This document shows, piece after piece, positions 21,697 through 31,419 of a stretch of DNA of 60,834 bases. This DNA is from Myxococcota bacterium (GTDB taxonomy: Bacteria > Myxococcota_A > UBA9160 > PR03): positions 1-60,834 of the forward strand of contig JBFGIM010000001.1 in the NCBI GenBank assembly GCA_041577695.1. Reading direction: 5' to 3'. Both the position numbers and the translations under genes were made by a program. Every line of letters begins with the position of its first letter. The stretch's first letter is position 1. Under the pieces are notes generated by a model. It did no database searches. It saw only the letters and a list, made by a program, of their open reading frames with translations, and had not been told where the DNA came from.

Positions 21697-23074
21697 ACGA
21701 CTCCGCCGCGACAAGGCCGCCGAGAAGGACGCAGCAGACAAGAGCAAGGCAGCCAAGGGCGAGGCGAACGCCGCCGTATCGAGCCGTGCCCGCGACGCCG
21801 GGCCGGAGGCCGCCTACCAGGAGCTCAAGTCGCTGGTCCACAACCGGCTCTTCGAGCTGATCGACCTGACCCGTCTGGGCAAGGTGAGCGAGGAACGCGT
21901 GCGCGAGGACGTGGCCGTGGCCACGCGCCGCGTGCTCGAGGAGAAGCAGGTGCTGCTCACCCTCGAGGAACGCGAGCTTCTGGTCAGCCAGATCCAGGAC
22001 GAGGTATTCGGCCTCGGTCCGCTGGAGCCGCTGCTGGCCGACCCCAACGTGGCCGACATCCTGGTGAACGGGCACAAGGACATCTACGTCGAGCGCTTCG
22101 GCCGCATCGAGAAGACGGTCGCCCGCTTCAAGGACGACGCGCACCTGATGCGCATCGTCGAGAAGATCGTCTCGAGCGTGGGTCGGCGCATCGACGAGAC
22201 CACGCCGCTGGTGGACGCCCGTCTCAAGGACGGCTCGCGCGTCAACGTGATCGTCCCGCCGCTGGCCCTGGACGGCCCGAGCATGTCGATCCGGCGCTTC
22301 GGCAGCGACCCGCTCCGAATCGAAGACCTGCTCGAGCTGGGCAGCATCACCCCGGCGGTCTCCACCCTGCTCGAGGGATGCATCAAGGCGCGTCTGAACA
22401 TGCTGATCTCGGGCGGCACCGGCTCGGGCAAGACGACGCTCCTCAACGCCGTCTCGGCCTTCGTACCGCCCACCGAGCGGATCGTGACCATCGAGGATTC
22501 CGCCGAGCTCCAGCTCAAGCAGGATCACGTGGTCCGCCTCGAGACGCGCCCGGCCAACATCGAGGGCAAGGGCCGTATCACCCAGCGCGAGCTGGTGATC
22601 AACAGCCTGCGCATGCGACCCGATCGCATCATCGTCGGTGAGGTCCGCGGCGGCGAAGCGCTGGACATGCTCCAGGCGATGAACACGGGCCACGACGGCT
22701 CGCTCACCACCATCCACGCCAACACGCCGCGCGACGCGCTGGCCCGTGTCGAGACGATGGTGGCGATGGCCGGAATGGACCTGCCGCAGCGGGCGGTGCG
22801 CAACCAGATCGCCTCGGCGATCGAGGTGGTTGCCCAGCTCGCCCGCCTCTCCGACGGCCGCCGCCGACTGATCAGTCTCCAGGAGATCACCGGCATGGAA
22901 GGCGAGGTGGTCACCATGCAGGAGATCTTCACCTTCCGGCGCCGCGGCGTGGACGCGGACGGCTCGGTCTTGGGCGAGGTGGTTCCCACCGGCATCCGGC
23001 CCCGCTTCGCCGATAAGCTGCGGCTGGCAGGCGTCACCCTGCCGGAGGACATCTTCGAGCCCAAGGCGGCCTAG
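21683..23074 (+). CDS. tadA: CpaF/TadA secretion ATPase
   Basis: [16 protein letters not shown] (Walker A), [25 protein letters not shown] and [12 protein letters not shown] match. The start is an ATG inside the longer track ORF. Confidence 0.9.
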   Translation: MALIERLRRDKAAEKDAADKSKAAKGEANAAVSSRARDAGPEAAYQELKSLVHNRLFELIDLTRLGKVSEERVREDVAVATRRVLEEKQVLLTLEERELLVSQIQDEVFGLGPLEPLLADPNVADILVNGHKDIYVERFGRIEKTVARFKDDAHLMRIVEKIVSSVGRRIDETTPLVDARLKDGSRVNVIVPPLALDGPSMSIRRFGSDPLRIEDLLELGSITPAVSTLLEGCIKARLNMLISGGTGSGKTTLLNAVSAFVPPTERIVTIEDSAELQLKQDHVVRLETRPANIEGKGRITQRELVINSLRMRPDRIIVGEVRGGEALDMLQAMNTGHDGSLTTIHANTPRDALARVETMVAMAGMDLPQRAVRNQIASAIEVVAQLARLSDGRRRLISLQEITGMEGEVVTMQEIFTFRRRGVDADGSVLGEVVPTGIRPRFADKLRLAGVTLPEDIFEPKAA

Positions 23075-23113
23075 CTCGAACCCCCCAACGGCCTACAACG
23101 GAGCGGCTCTCCC

Positions 23114-24070
23114 ATGACCATGTTCCTGTACGTTGCAGTCTTCGTAGCCACGGTGCTCGCGCTCGAGGGGATCTACCTGCTCTTCATCGCGGGCCGTGCC
23201 GACCAGGCCACGGTCAAGCGGCGGCTCGGCACGTTGGCGTCGCGCTTCCAGGCCGGCGCCGCCGAGAGCTCGATCCTGCGGCGCGACGAGGCCGCGGGCG
23301 CCCTCGAGGACCTGGTCGACATCATCCCGGGTGGGAGCAACCTGGGGCTCCACCTGTACCGCGCGGGGCTCACCATCTCACCGCCGCGCTTCGTGCTGCT
23401 GAGTGGAGCGATGGGCCTGGCCGCCTGGCTGCTCGCCTCGGTGTTCCTGAACGATCCGGTCCGCTCCCTGCCCTTCCTGGCGGCGGCTGCGCTGCCGACG
23501 ATCCAGATGCTGCGCCTGGAGCGAAAGCGCATGAACGCCTTCGAGGCGCAGTTTCCTGGCGCGCTCGAGCTGCTGACGCGGGCGCTGCGCGCCGGCAACT
23601 CGCTGACCTTCGGCCTGCAGATGGCGGGCGAGGAGCTGCCCGACCCGGTGGGCACCGAGTTCCAGCAGGTGGCCGAAGAGATCAAGCTGGGCAAGAGCGT
23701 GCGCGCCTCGCTGGACAACCTCCAATACCGGATCAACGTGCCGGACCTGCCCTTCTTCGTGACCGCGGTGTCGATCCAGACCACCACCGGCGGCAACCTG
23801 GCCGAGATCCTGGACAACCTCGGCTACGTGATCCGCGAGCGCTTCAAGCTGTACGGCAAGGTGCGGGCCCTCACTGCCATGGGGCGAGCCTCCGCCAACC
23901 TGCTGGCGGTCTGGCCGCTGGTCATGGTCGGGGCACTCTACGCGGTGAACCCCAAGTACATCGAGCCGCTCTGGACTTCGGAGTCCGGTCCCTACATGGC
24001 CCTCACGGCCTTCATCCTGGTGGTGATCGGGTACTTCGTCTGCCGGCGCATGGCCAAGATCAAGGTTTGA
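23114..24070 (+). CDS. tadB: TadB (T2SSF-domain inner-membrane platform protein)
   Basis: FPGALELLTRALRAGNSL matches, the topology is polytopic, and the position in the cluster fits. Confidence 0.85.
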   Translation: MTMFLYVAVFVATVLALEGIYLLFIAGRADQATVKRRLGTLASRFQAGAAESSILRRDEAAGALEDLVDIIPGGSNLGLHLYRAGLTISPPRFVLLSGAMGLAAWLLASVFLNDPVRSLPFLAAAALPTIQMLRLERKRMNAFEAQFPGALELLTRALRAGNSLTFGLQMAGEELPDPVGTEFQQVAEEIKLGKSVRASLDNLQYRINVPDLPFFVTAVSIQTTTGGNLAEILDNLGYVIRERFKLYGKVRALTAMGRASANLLAVWPLVMVGALYAVNPKYIEPLWTSESGPYMALTAFILVVIGYFVCRRMAKIKV

Positions 24071-24083
24071 GGAGAGCAGCTCC

Positions 24084-25019
24084 ATGACCCTCGTAGTACT
24101 TCTCATCGTCGCCACGTCGCTCTTCGTCGGGCTGGGCCTCATCAGCCTGCAATTTCGCACCGCGGAGCGCCGCCGCCTGGAACGGCTGGTGGACGGCACC
24201 AGCGTGCCGGCCAGCACCCGCGAAGGCGACGACGAGGACTCGTTGCTGACCCGTGACGACCGCGGGGTGATGAACCGCCTGCTCGCTTCCTTTGCCGGAC
24301 GAACGGCCGCCGACGCCGAACGAAACCGGCCGATCCACGACCGTCTGATCCGCGCCGGCTACCGCAAGCCCTCGGCGGTGGTCAACTACATGGGCAGCCG
24401 CATCCTGCTGGCGCTGCTGCTGCCGATGATCGCGGTACCGATCGTGTCGAACATGCAGCTTTCGCAGATGCGGCAGATCGCCTTCGTGCTCGGCGCGTCG
24501 CTGCTCGGCTACATGTTCCCCAGCTATTGGGTGACGAAGCGCGAGCAGAAGCGGCAAGAGCAGATCATCCTGGGCTTGCCGGACGCCCTGGACCTGATGA
24601 TCGTGTGCGTCGAGGCGGGCCTCGGGATCAACGCGAGCCTGGCGCGCGTGGCCAACGAGTTCGCGCTCTCCAATCCGGTGCTCAGCGCCGAGTTCGAGCT
24701 GGTCACCCTGGAGACCCGCGCCGGCAAGCGGACCACCGAGGCGCTGCGCGGGCTCGCCCGCCGCACCGGCGTCAGCGACGTCAGCTCGCTGGTGGCGATG
24801 CTCGTCCAGACCGAGCGATTCGGTACCAATCTGGCGGACACCCTGCGCATCCAGGCCGACTCCATGCGCGTCCAGCGCATGCAGCGAGCCGAGGAGCAGG
24901 CCCAGAAAGCCCCCCTGAAGATGCTCTTCCCGATGGTCATCATCTTCGTCGCCACGCTGCTGGTGACGATCGGACCGGGTATGATGCAGATGTTCCAGTT
25001 CTTCCAGGGCGATCGGTAG
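24084..25019 (+). CDS. tadC: TadC (T2SSF-domain inner-membrane platform protein)
   Basis: LPDALDLMIVCVEAGLGINASL matches, the topology is polytopic, and the position in the cluster fits. Confidence 0.85.
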   Translation: MTLVVLLIVATSLFVGLGLISLQFRTAERRRLERLVDGTSVPASTREGDDEDSLLTRDDRGVMNRLLASFAGRTAADAERNRPIHDRLIRAGYRKPSAVVNYMGSRILLALLLPMIAVPIVSNMQLSQMRQIAFVLGASLLGYMFPSYWVTKREQKRQEQIILGLPDALDLMIVCVEAGLGINASLARVANEFALSNPVLSAEFELVTLETRAGKRTTEALRGLARRTGVSDVSSLVAMLVQTERFGTNLADTLRIQADSMRVQRMQRAEEQAQKAPLKMLFPMVIIFVATLLVTIGPGMMQMFQFFQGDR

Positions 25020-25051
25020 CCCGAAGGACGGGTCCGACACGGGGGGGGGTC

Positions 25052-26443
25052 ATGCGACGTGCGCGCTCGTCGCGGGCGGTGGCGTCTTGTCTGCTGCTCG
25101 CGCTTCCCATGGCCTCGATCGGCTGCGCCCTGTTCAGCGACGGGCCCTCCGAGAACGAGAAGGCCATCGTCGAGAGCCACAAGCAGTTCCAGCAGATCCT
25201 GGAGCGGCAACGGGCCCAGAGTGCCATCCGGGATCAGCAGGAAAAGGAAGAGCCCAAGACCGTTCCCCAGCTGCTCCTGGAAGGGGACCGGAACCGGGCC
25301 GCCGGTCGCCCCGAGCAGGCCATCTACTCCTACTACCAGGCCTATCGCCGCGATCCCGAGCTGCCGGAACCCATCGAGCGCATCGCCTACGTGCACCTGG
25401 CATCGGACCCGAGCCGCGCCGAGGCGCTCTTCGGTTCGCTGGTGACGAAGCACCCGAATCGCGCGTCGGCGCTCGCCGGCCTGGCACTCGCCGAGATGAG
25501 CCTCGACAAGGACGACCTGGCCGTCGAGCACGCCGAGCGGGCGGTGGCAGTCGCGCCGGAGTCGGCCCAGGCGCACGCGGCGCTCGGGATGATCCAGGAC
25601 CGGCTGGGCCAGCACGAGGTGGCCCAGGTCACGCTGGGCCGGGCGCACCAGCTCAATCCGCGCGATCCCGCCATCCTCAACAACCTGGGCGTCGCATACC
25701 TTCTCGGCGGTGACCTCGAGCGCGCCGAGCACACGCTCCGCCAGGGCATCCTGATGGCGCCCAAGGACAAGGCGCTGCGCAACGACCTGGGGCTGGTCCT
25801 GGCTCGCCAGGGACGGTACGAAGAGGCCCTGGAGCAGTTCCGGAAGGGCGGCGGCGAGCAGGCTGCCCAGAACAACCTCGGCTACGCCTACCACCTGTCG
25901 GGCCGCTACGAGGACGCCATACGCCACTACGAGAAGGCGTTGCTGGTAGGCGGCGATCAGCAGGTGACGGTGCTTCGCAACCTGCGCGCCGCGGTCGCCT
26001 CGCTGGGCCCGACTCATCCGCTGGTCGACGAGGTGGATCTGATGCCGCTGGGCGCCTTCGGCAGCGTCGTGGTGGACTCCTCGGGCGAAGGCGAGGAAGC
26101 CACTTCCGCCGGCGACGGGGACGGCGGAGCTGTGCCGCTGGTGCTTCCGGTGGTGAGGGAGTTCTCCCTGGCCGAGGAGCGCGCCGGCGATGACATCGAG
26201 CCGGCCGAGGACGACGACTCCGAGGCCGCCGCGGATCCCGACGGAGAGGAGCCGGAGGACGCTCCCGATCCCGCCGAATCCGAGCCCGAGGAGGACCCGG
26301 ATTCGGCGCTGGCCGCGGCCGACGAGTCGGCCGAGGACGACGCTGTGGATGGCTCCGATCCCGGCGAGCAGACGGCGCCCGCACCCATCGCCGCACCGAA
26401 TCCGCCCAGCCCGGAAGATCCGCCCGCGGCAGTCGCGCCCTAG
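25052..26443 (+). CDS. tadD: TadD-like TPR lipoprotein with a ~150-aa acidic low-complexity C-terminal tail
   Basis: It has a signal peptide with SIGC and several TPR units (ALAGLALAEMSL.., AHAALGMIQDRLG.., NNLGVAYLLGG.., NNLGYAYHLSGRYEDA). The tail is rich in D/E/P/A. Confidence 0.8.
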   Translation: MRRARSSRAVASCLLLALPMASIGCALFSDGPSENEKAIVESHKQFQQILERQRAQSAIRDQQEKEEPKTVPQLLLEGDRNRAAGRPEQAIYSYYQAYRRDPELPEPIERIAYVHLASDPSRAEALFGSLVTKHPNRASALAGLALAEMSLDKDDLAVEHAERAVAVAPESAQAHAALGMIQDRLGQHEVAQVTLGRAHQLNPRDPAILNNLGVAYLLGGDLERAEHTLRQGILMAPKDKALRNDLGLVLARQGRYEEALEQFRKGGGEQAAQNNLGYAYHLSGRYEDAIRHYEKALLVGGDQQVTVLRNLRAAVASLGPTHPLVDEVDLMPLGAFGSVVVDSSGEGEEATSAGDGDGGAVPLVLPVVREFSLAEERAGDDIEPAEDDDSEAAADPDGEEPEDAPDPAESEPEEDPDSALAAADESAEDDAVDGSDPGEQTAPAPIAAPNPPSPEDPPAAVAP

Positions 26444-26515
26444 GCGCAGATCACCGGCAACTGACGGGACCCCATCGCGCCACCCGGCGAATACCACGGG
26501 CGCGTCGAGCGGGCG

Positions 26516-26545
26516 TTGACGCGCGCGATCTTCCCGGTGTATGGG
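26516..26545 (+). promoter_or_regulatory. Weak sigma70-like promoter candidate for the 26640 gene
   Basis: The pattern is TTGACG-N18-TATGGG. The spacing and the -10 element are only approximate. Confidence 0.25.
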
Positions 26546-26639
26546 TATTCCGCTGGATGGGTGTGCGGCGAGTGATCCGTTGGGGAAGCGCTCCGCGCGC
26601 GGGCCGTCTGCGCCTCACGGCGCCCATTGCGGAGGCTTG

Positions 26640-28514
26640 ATGGGATTTGCGCGCCCCGGTCGCTCGTTCGCCCGGATCTGCCTGGCTGCGATTGCTCTGT
26701 TGTCGATGGGATCGCAGTGCGGCAAGACGCCGAAGATCAACATCCTCTCCCCAGCCCACGGCGACTTCAGCACCGCCGCCAGCGTGATCGTGAGCGGCGA
26801 GATCAAGAACATCAACATCCCCAATGCCGAAGTCCGGGTGAACGGGGTCGTCGTCCCCGTCGCCGGCGACGGCACATGGTCGCAGTCGGTGACCCTGGAT
26901 GCGGTGGAGATCGTGACGCCCGTCGTCGCGGAGCTGTTCCGGGTGAGCACCGGCGAGCGGGTGGCCAGCAGGCGCATCGTGGTGCTGGCCAGCGACTCGG
27001 TGGTGGACGGCGACTTCTCGCTGGAGAGCGTGGCGCTCCGCCTCACCGACGACGGGCTCGACCAGGTCGAGCCGCTGATCCAGAGCATGGTGAACCTGGA
27101 CGTGGCGAGCCTGCTGCCGGTGGGTACCCAGGTGATCAACGACTTCTGCGCGATCGACGGCGGCTTCCTGGGCTGCCTGGGCAGTGTCGACGTCTTCGTT
27201 GCCAACCCGCCGGCGACGATCTCGGGATTCGATCTCGGGATCGACTCCCAGACGGACTTCGTCGACGGCGACATCGACATCTTCGACGTCCGCGTGGATC
27301 TGGACATCAACGGCTCCGGGCTCGCCCCCAGCTGCGGGCTTCGCATCACGGCGAACCAGACCGACATCGACGGCGATTACTTCCTGGTGCCGGACGGCGT
27401 GGACCCGACCTCGATCGACGTGAACCTGAACGGCAGCCCCTCGGTGGGCTTCACCGGCTTCGACCAGGAGTTCACCATCGGCCTCTGTGACTTCCCCCTG
27501 ATCGGCAGCCTGGTGCAGCTGATCATCGGCAATGTGCAGCCGATCGTCCTCAGCGGTCTCCAGAACTTCCTCTCCGACCCCGACGGCGCGGGACCCCTCG
27601 ACTCTCCGATCGCCGACGCCATCGAGGTCGCACTGGCCGACATCTCCATTGCGGGACCCATCGGCGAGGGACTGGCGGTTTCGCTCGAGGCGCCACTCTT
27701 CGATGTGGTGGAGGACACGAACGGCATCACCCTGGCTTCGGACACCCGGATCCAGTCGGTCGTCGGGACCGGCCCGGGCGAGTGCACGCCGCCGGCGAAC
27801 GCGCCCGAACTGACCGCTTCGTATCACGTGGACGAGGTCTTCCCCAGCTTCGGGGCCACCACACCGGTGTCGGCGCTGCCCTACGACCTGGGACTCTGCA
27901 TCTCGACCTCGGCGTTCAACCAGCTCTTGAAGTCACAGGTCGAGTGCGGGCTGCTCCAGACCTCGATCACGGAGCTCGACTTCGGCACGGGTCCGATTCC
28001 GGTGACGGCCGGAAGCCTGGCGCTCTTCGTGCCCGAGTTCAGCCAGTTCGATCCGAACATGCTGCTGCGGATCGATCTGACGCCCACCCTGGCGGCGTTC
28101 ATCACCGGCAATCTCGGCCCGGCATCGGAGCTGGCCGAGATCCGCATGCCGCATTACGCGATCGACGTCATCATCGACAACGGCACCGAGGAGAAGCTGC
28201 TTGGCGGCGCCATCGACTTCCGCGCCGGGCTCGACCTGACCTTCGACGATCTGACCGGCTCGCTGGTCGCTTCGATCGGCTCGGTGGTGTCGCAGGACAT
28301 CACCGTCGCGATCCTGGAGAATCCGGTGGGCACCAACGAGGCGACGCTGGGCGTGGTGCTGCCCGTCGTACTGGCCCTGGTGCTGCCGGATCTGGGCGCG
28401 GGAATCGGCGAGTTCCCGCTTCCGGAGTTCCTGGGGCTACAGCTCCAGGGCGTCGAGGTGTCGCGCAACGGCGAGTTCTTGTCGCTCTTCGCCGATCTGA
28501 CGCCGGTTCCCTGA
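26640..28514 (+). CDS. Large secreted or lipid-anchored protein of unknown family (624 aa) directly downstream of the tad cluster
   Basis: The signal peptide is RICLAAIALLSMGSQC and a GGAGG RBS lies 4 nt upstream. The protein is acidic and rich in D/G/I/V, has paired Cys, and has no further TM segment. The start was taken at the internal ATG of track ORF 26541..28514. Confidence 0.8.
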   Translation: MGFARPGRSFARICLAAIALLSMGSQCGKTPKINILSPAHGDFSTAASVIVSGEIKNINIPNAEVRVNGVVVPVAGDGTWSQSVTLDAVEIVTPVVAELFRVSTGERVASRRIVVLASDSVVDGDFSLESVALRLTDDGLDQVEPLIQSMVNLDVASLLPVGTQVINDFCAIDGGFLGCLGSVDVFVANPPATISGFDLGIDSQTDFVDGDIDIFDVRVDLDINGSGLAPSCGLRITANQTDIDGDYFLVPDGVDPTSIDVNLNGSPSVGFTGFDQEFTIGLCDFPLIGSLVQLIIGNVQPIVLSGLQNFLSDPDGAGPLDSPIADAIEVALADISIAGPIGEGLAVSLEAPLFDVVEDTNGITLASDTRIQSVVGTGPGECTPPANAPELTASYHVDEVFPSFGATTPVSALPYDLGLCISTSAFNQLLKSQVECGLLQTSITELDFGTGPIPVTAGSLALFVPEFSQFDPNMLLRIDLTPTLAAFITGNLGPASELAEIRMPHYAIDVIIDNGTEEKLLGGAIDFRAGLDLTFDDLTGSLVASIGSVVSQDITVAILENPVGTNEATLGVVLPVVLALVLPDLGAGIGEFPLPEFLGLQLQGVEVSRNGEFLSLFADLTPVP

Positions 28515-28532
28515 CGCGGTCTGCCCACCCGA

Positions 28533-28976
28533 TCAGGGCAGCAGGACGAAGCCGGAAATCGCAGCGACGGCGCCAGCCAGGAGAGCAAGGGTGGCGAGCA
28601 GCGCGTGGGCGTCGAGCGGCCGTCCCCGCCCCCGCTCGAGCCGGCGTCCCAGGATGCCGGTCGCGACGAAGAGCAGCAGCGCTGCGCTCCCCGCCACGGC
28701 GTGTGCCGTACCGAAGGGGTCGCGCCCGCGCAACCAGAACATCGAGAGGGGCCCGGCGGCGAAGCCGACCAGCGCCATCACCACCGCTGGCTTGGCCAGA
28801 CGCAGATGTCGCTGCAGGGCCCCGCGTTCGCGGCGGGCGTTCCGGCGGCGCGCGTTCCGCATGCGAAGCCCGCTGCGCAGGGCTGCGCCCGCCAGCGTCA
28901 GGGTCGCCACCATCCAGATCGGGTGGACGTAGGCCAGCGCGCGCAACAGTGCGTCGTCGGAGCTCGGGTCCCTCAC
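28533..28976 (-). CDS. Small 4-TM membrane protein (DUF4079-like)
   Basis: It has four hydrophobic helices with conserved His residues (YVHPIW, GTAHAVAG). The family assignment is from memory only. Confidence 0.6.
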   Translation of the reverse strand: MRDPSSDDALLRALAYVHPIWMVATLTLAGAALRSGLRMRNARRRNARRERGALQRHLRLAKPAVVMALVGFAAGPLSMFWLRGRDPFGTAHAVAGSAALLLFVATGILGRRLERGRGRPLDAHALLATLALLAGAVAAISGFVLLP

Positions 28977-29698
28977 TCCACCCTGTGGATCGCTTCGGCG
29001 GGCAACCGCCCCAGCAGGGAGTCCAGCGCCCGCTGGACGTAGCCGGCGTCGCGCGACTCGAGCGTCAGCATCACGTGGAACTCCTGCTCTCCGATGCGAG
29101 GATACGAGCCGAGCATGAGCTCCGGAAACTCGACCAGCAGATCGTTGAGCGCGGGCGCGATGTCGCTCTCCCGCTGTCGCACGTAGACGCGCTTGAGCAC
29201 GAAGGGAATGCCGCGGAAGCGCTGCCGGATCGAATCGAACTTCTTGCGCAGCAGCTCGGGGATGCCGGGAAAGATGTGGACGTTCTCCACCACGACCACC
29301 GGAAACCAGAGATCGCCGGCGTCCACGAGCTTCGCGCCGCTCGGCACCTGGGCCATCTTGAGCTGGCTCTCGTTGGGCGCTGTGCCCTGCGCCCGTTCGA
29401 TGCGCGCGGCGATCGATTCGTTGAGCTCGAGCTTGAGACCAAATGCGTGGGCCACACCGTCCATGGTCAGGTCGTCGTGGGTCGGCCCGACGCCTCCCGA
29501 GGTGAAGACCCAGTCGTATGCGTCGCTGAGCTCACGAACGGTGTCGCCGATGGTCTCGATGACGTCCGGAATCACGACGACCCGGTCCACCTCGACGCCC
29601 AGATGGCGGAGCTCGCGACACAGGTAGGGCGAGTTGGTGTCGACCACCTTGCCCGAGAGGATCTCGTTGCCGATGATGGTGATCCCGGCCTTGGACAT
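28973..29698 (-). CDS. Molybdopterin-binding (MoCF-biosynthesis/CinA N-terminal type) domain protein
   Basis: AGITIIGNEILSGKVVDTNSPYL...VFTSGGVGPTHDDLT matches the domain. Confidence 0.8.
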   Translation of the reverse strand: MSKAGITIIGNEILSGKVVDTNSPYLCRELRHLGVEVDRVVVIPDVIETIGDTVRELSDAYDWVFTSGGVGPTHDDLTMDGVAHAFGLKLELNESIAARIERAQGTAPNESQLKMAQVPSGAKLVDAGDLWFPVVVVENVHIFPGIPELLRKKFDSIRQRFRGIPFVLKRVYVRQRESDIAPALNDLLVEFPELMLGSYPRIGEQEFHVMLTLESRDAGYVQRALDSLLGRLPAEAIHRVE

Positions 29699-29763
29699 GG
29701 GGCGCAGGATAGCTCGCCGCCACTCCGATTGGTGGCCGGGCGAGGCTGGCGTATGCTCTCGCC

Positions 29764-30051
29764 GTGCATCGGATCTGCTTTCAGCCCTCGGGCCTGACGT
29801 TGCGGGTGCCCGCGGGGATTACGGTGCTCGAGGCGGCGCAGCGCGGCGGTCTTCCGATTGCGCGGGCCTGTGGAGCTTCGGGCCTCTGCTCCCGCTGCGC
29901 CGTACGCGTGAGCGGGCCGAACACGAGCCTCTCCGCCGAGGACGCCCGCGAAGTCGCCGTCAAGCGGCGCAACCACTTGGACAGCGAAGTGCGGCTGGCG
30001 TGCCAGGCGCGGGTGGCGGGCGATGTCGAGGTCACCGCGTCCTACTGGTGA
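29764..30051 (+). CDS. 2Fe-2S ferredoxin-like protein
   Basis: The Cys pattern is C-x5-C-x2-C...C (ACGASGLCSRCAV...LACQ). The length is 95 aa. Confidence 0.75.
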   Translation: MHRICFQPSGLTLRVPAGITVLEAAQRGGLPIARACGASGLCSRCAVRVSGPNTSLSAEDAREVAVKRRNHLDSEVRLACQARVAGDVEVTASYW

Positions 30052-30445
30052 ACCGAGCGGCCCTCCGCGGGGCTGCGAGGACGCTCCGCGCGCCGTCCTG
30101 TTGGTCGACCATGGCAGTCGCCGCGCCGAAGCCAACGCGGTGCTCGATCGGGTGGCGGAACGCGTGCGGCGGCGGCGCCCCGGGTGGATCGTCCACGCGG
30201 CGCACATGGAGCTGGCACCTCCCACCCTCGCCGAAGCCTTCGACGCCTGCGTAGCCGAGGGCGCCACCGAGATCGTGGTGCATCCCTACTTCCTGGCGCC
30301 GGGCCGCCACAGCACCGATGACATCCCGCGCCTCGTCCGCGAGGCGTCGCGCCGCTACCCGGACGTGCGCGTGCGTATCAGCGAACCCCTCGGCCTCCAC
30401 GACCGCGTGGTCGATGCGGTGCTCGATCGGGTCGAGCGCGCGTGA
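30023..30445 (+). CDS. cbiX: CbiX/SirB-type sirohydrochlorin chelatase (short form)
   Basis: VLLVDHGSRRAEAN and VVHPYFLAPGRH match. The only canonical in-frame start overlaps the ferredoxin gene by 29 nt. Confidence 0.75.
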   Translation: MSRSPRPTGEPSGPPRGCEDAPRAVLLVDHGSRRAEANAVLDRVAERVRRRRPGWIVHAAHMELAPPTLAEAFDACVAEGATEIVVHPYFLAPGRHSTDDIPRLVREASRRYPDVRVRISEPLGLHDRVVDAVLDRVERA

Positions 30446-31368
30446 TCGACCGGGCCGTCGGGCTCTTTCCACTCTGGGCAGTGCTGGCAGCCGCGGCCGG
30501 GATCCTGTGGCCGGCACCGCTGACTTCGCTGCGCGAGAACATCCCGCTCCTGCTGGCGCTCATCATGTTGGGCATGGGCATGACGCTTCGCGCCGACGAT
30601 TTCGCGCGGGTGGTGCGGCGCAGCGGGGTGATCGCACTCGGTGCGGTACTCCAGTTCGGTTTGATGCCGCTGCTCGGCTGGACCCTGGCGATCCTCTTCG
30701 ATCTCCCCGACGAGCTGGCGGTCGGCGTGGTATTGGTGGGCGCCTGCCCGGGCGGCACCGCATCGAACCTGGTCTGCTTCCTGGCGCGCGGCGACGTGGC
30801 CCTTTCGATCTCGCTCACCGCCGTCTCGACCCTGCTGGCGGTGGTGGCGACCCCCGCCCTCACCTGGCTCTACGTCGGGCAACGGGTCCCGGTTCCGGCG
30901 GGCGACATGCTGGTCGACATCGCCACCATCGTGATCCTTCCGGTGGTGGTGGGTGTCGCGGCGAATACCTGGTGGGGAGCGCGCCTGCGACCGGCACTGC
31001 GCATCTTCCCGCTGCTCTCGGTCACCGCGATCGCGGTGATCATCGCCATCGTGGTGGCCCTCAACCGGGAGCGGGTCGACGCCTCGCTCGCCATGCTCGG
31101 CGCTGTGGTGGTGATGCACAACCTGCTGGGACTGGCGGCGGGCTACCTCGGAGCCCGCTTCGCGCGGCGCTCCGAGATCGAGGCGCGCACGCTGGCAATC
31201 GAGGTCGGCATGCAGAACTCGGGACTGGCCGTGGCGCTGGCGACGAACTTCTTCGGCGCGGCGGCTGCGCTGCCGGGAGCCCTCTTCAGCGTGTGGCACA
31301 ATCTGTCGGGCGCGGCCGCTGCAACCTGGTGGGCGCGAATCGGAGCTGGCCGGTCCGCCGGTGCATGA
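30442..31368 (+). CDS. Bile acid:sodium symporter (BASS) family transporter
   Basis: LIMLGMGMTL, LVGACPGGTASN and EVGMQNSGLA match. The topology is polytopic. Confidence 0.85.
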   Translation: MIDRAVGLFPLWAVLAAAAGILWPAPLTSLRENIPLLLALIMLGMGMTLRADDFARVVRRSGVIALGAVLQFGLMPLLGWTLAILFDLPDELAVGVVLVGACPGGTASNLVCFLARGDVALSISLTAVSTLLAVVATPALTWLYVGQRVPVPAGDMLVDIATIVILPVVVGVAANTWWGARLRPALRIFPLLSVTAIAVIIAIVVALNRERVDASLAMLGAVVVMHNLLGLAAGYLGARFARRSEIEARTLAIEVGMQNSGLAVALATNFFGAAAALPGALFSVWHNLSGAAAATWWARIGAGRSAGA

Positions 31369-31419
31369 TGCGGCGCCGCGGAAGGAGAAGCGAGGGCGCC
31401 CTGTCGCGACTGGATCGGG

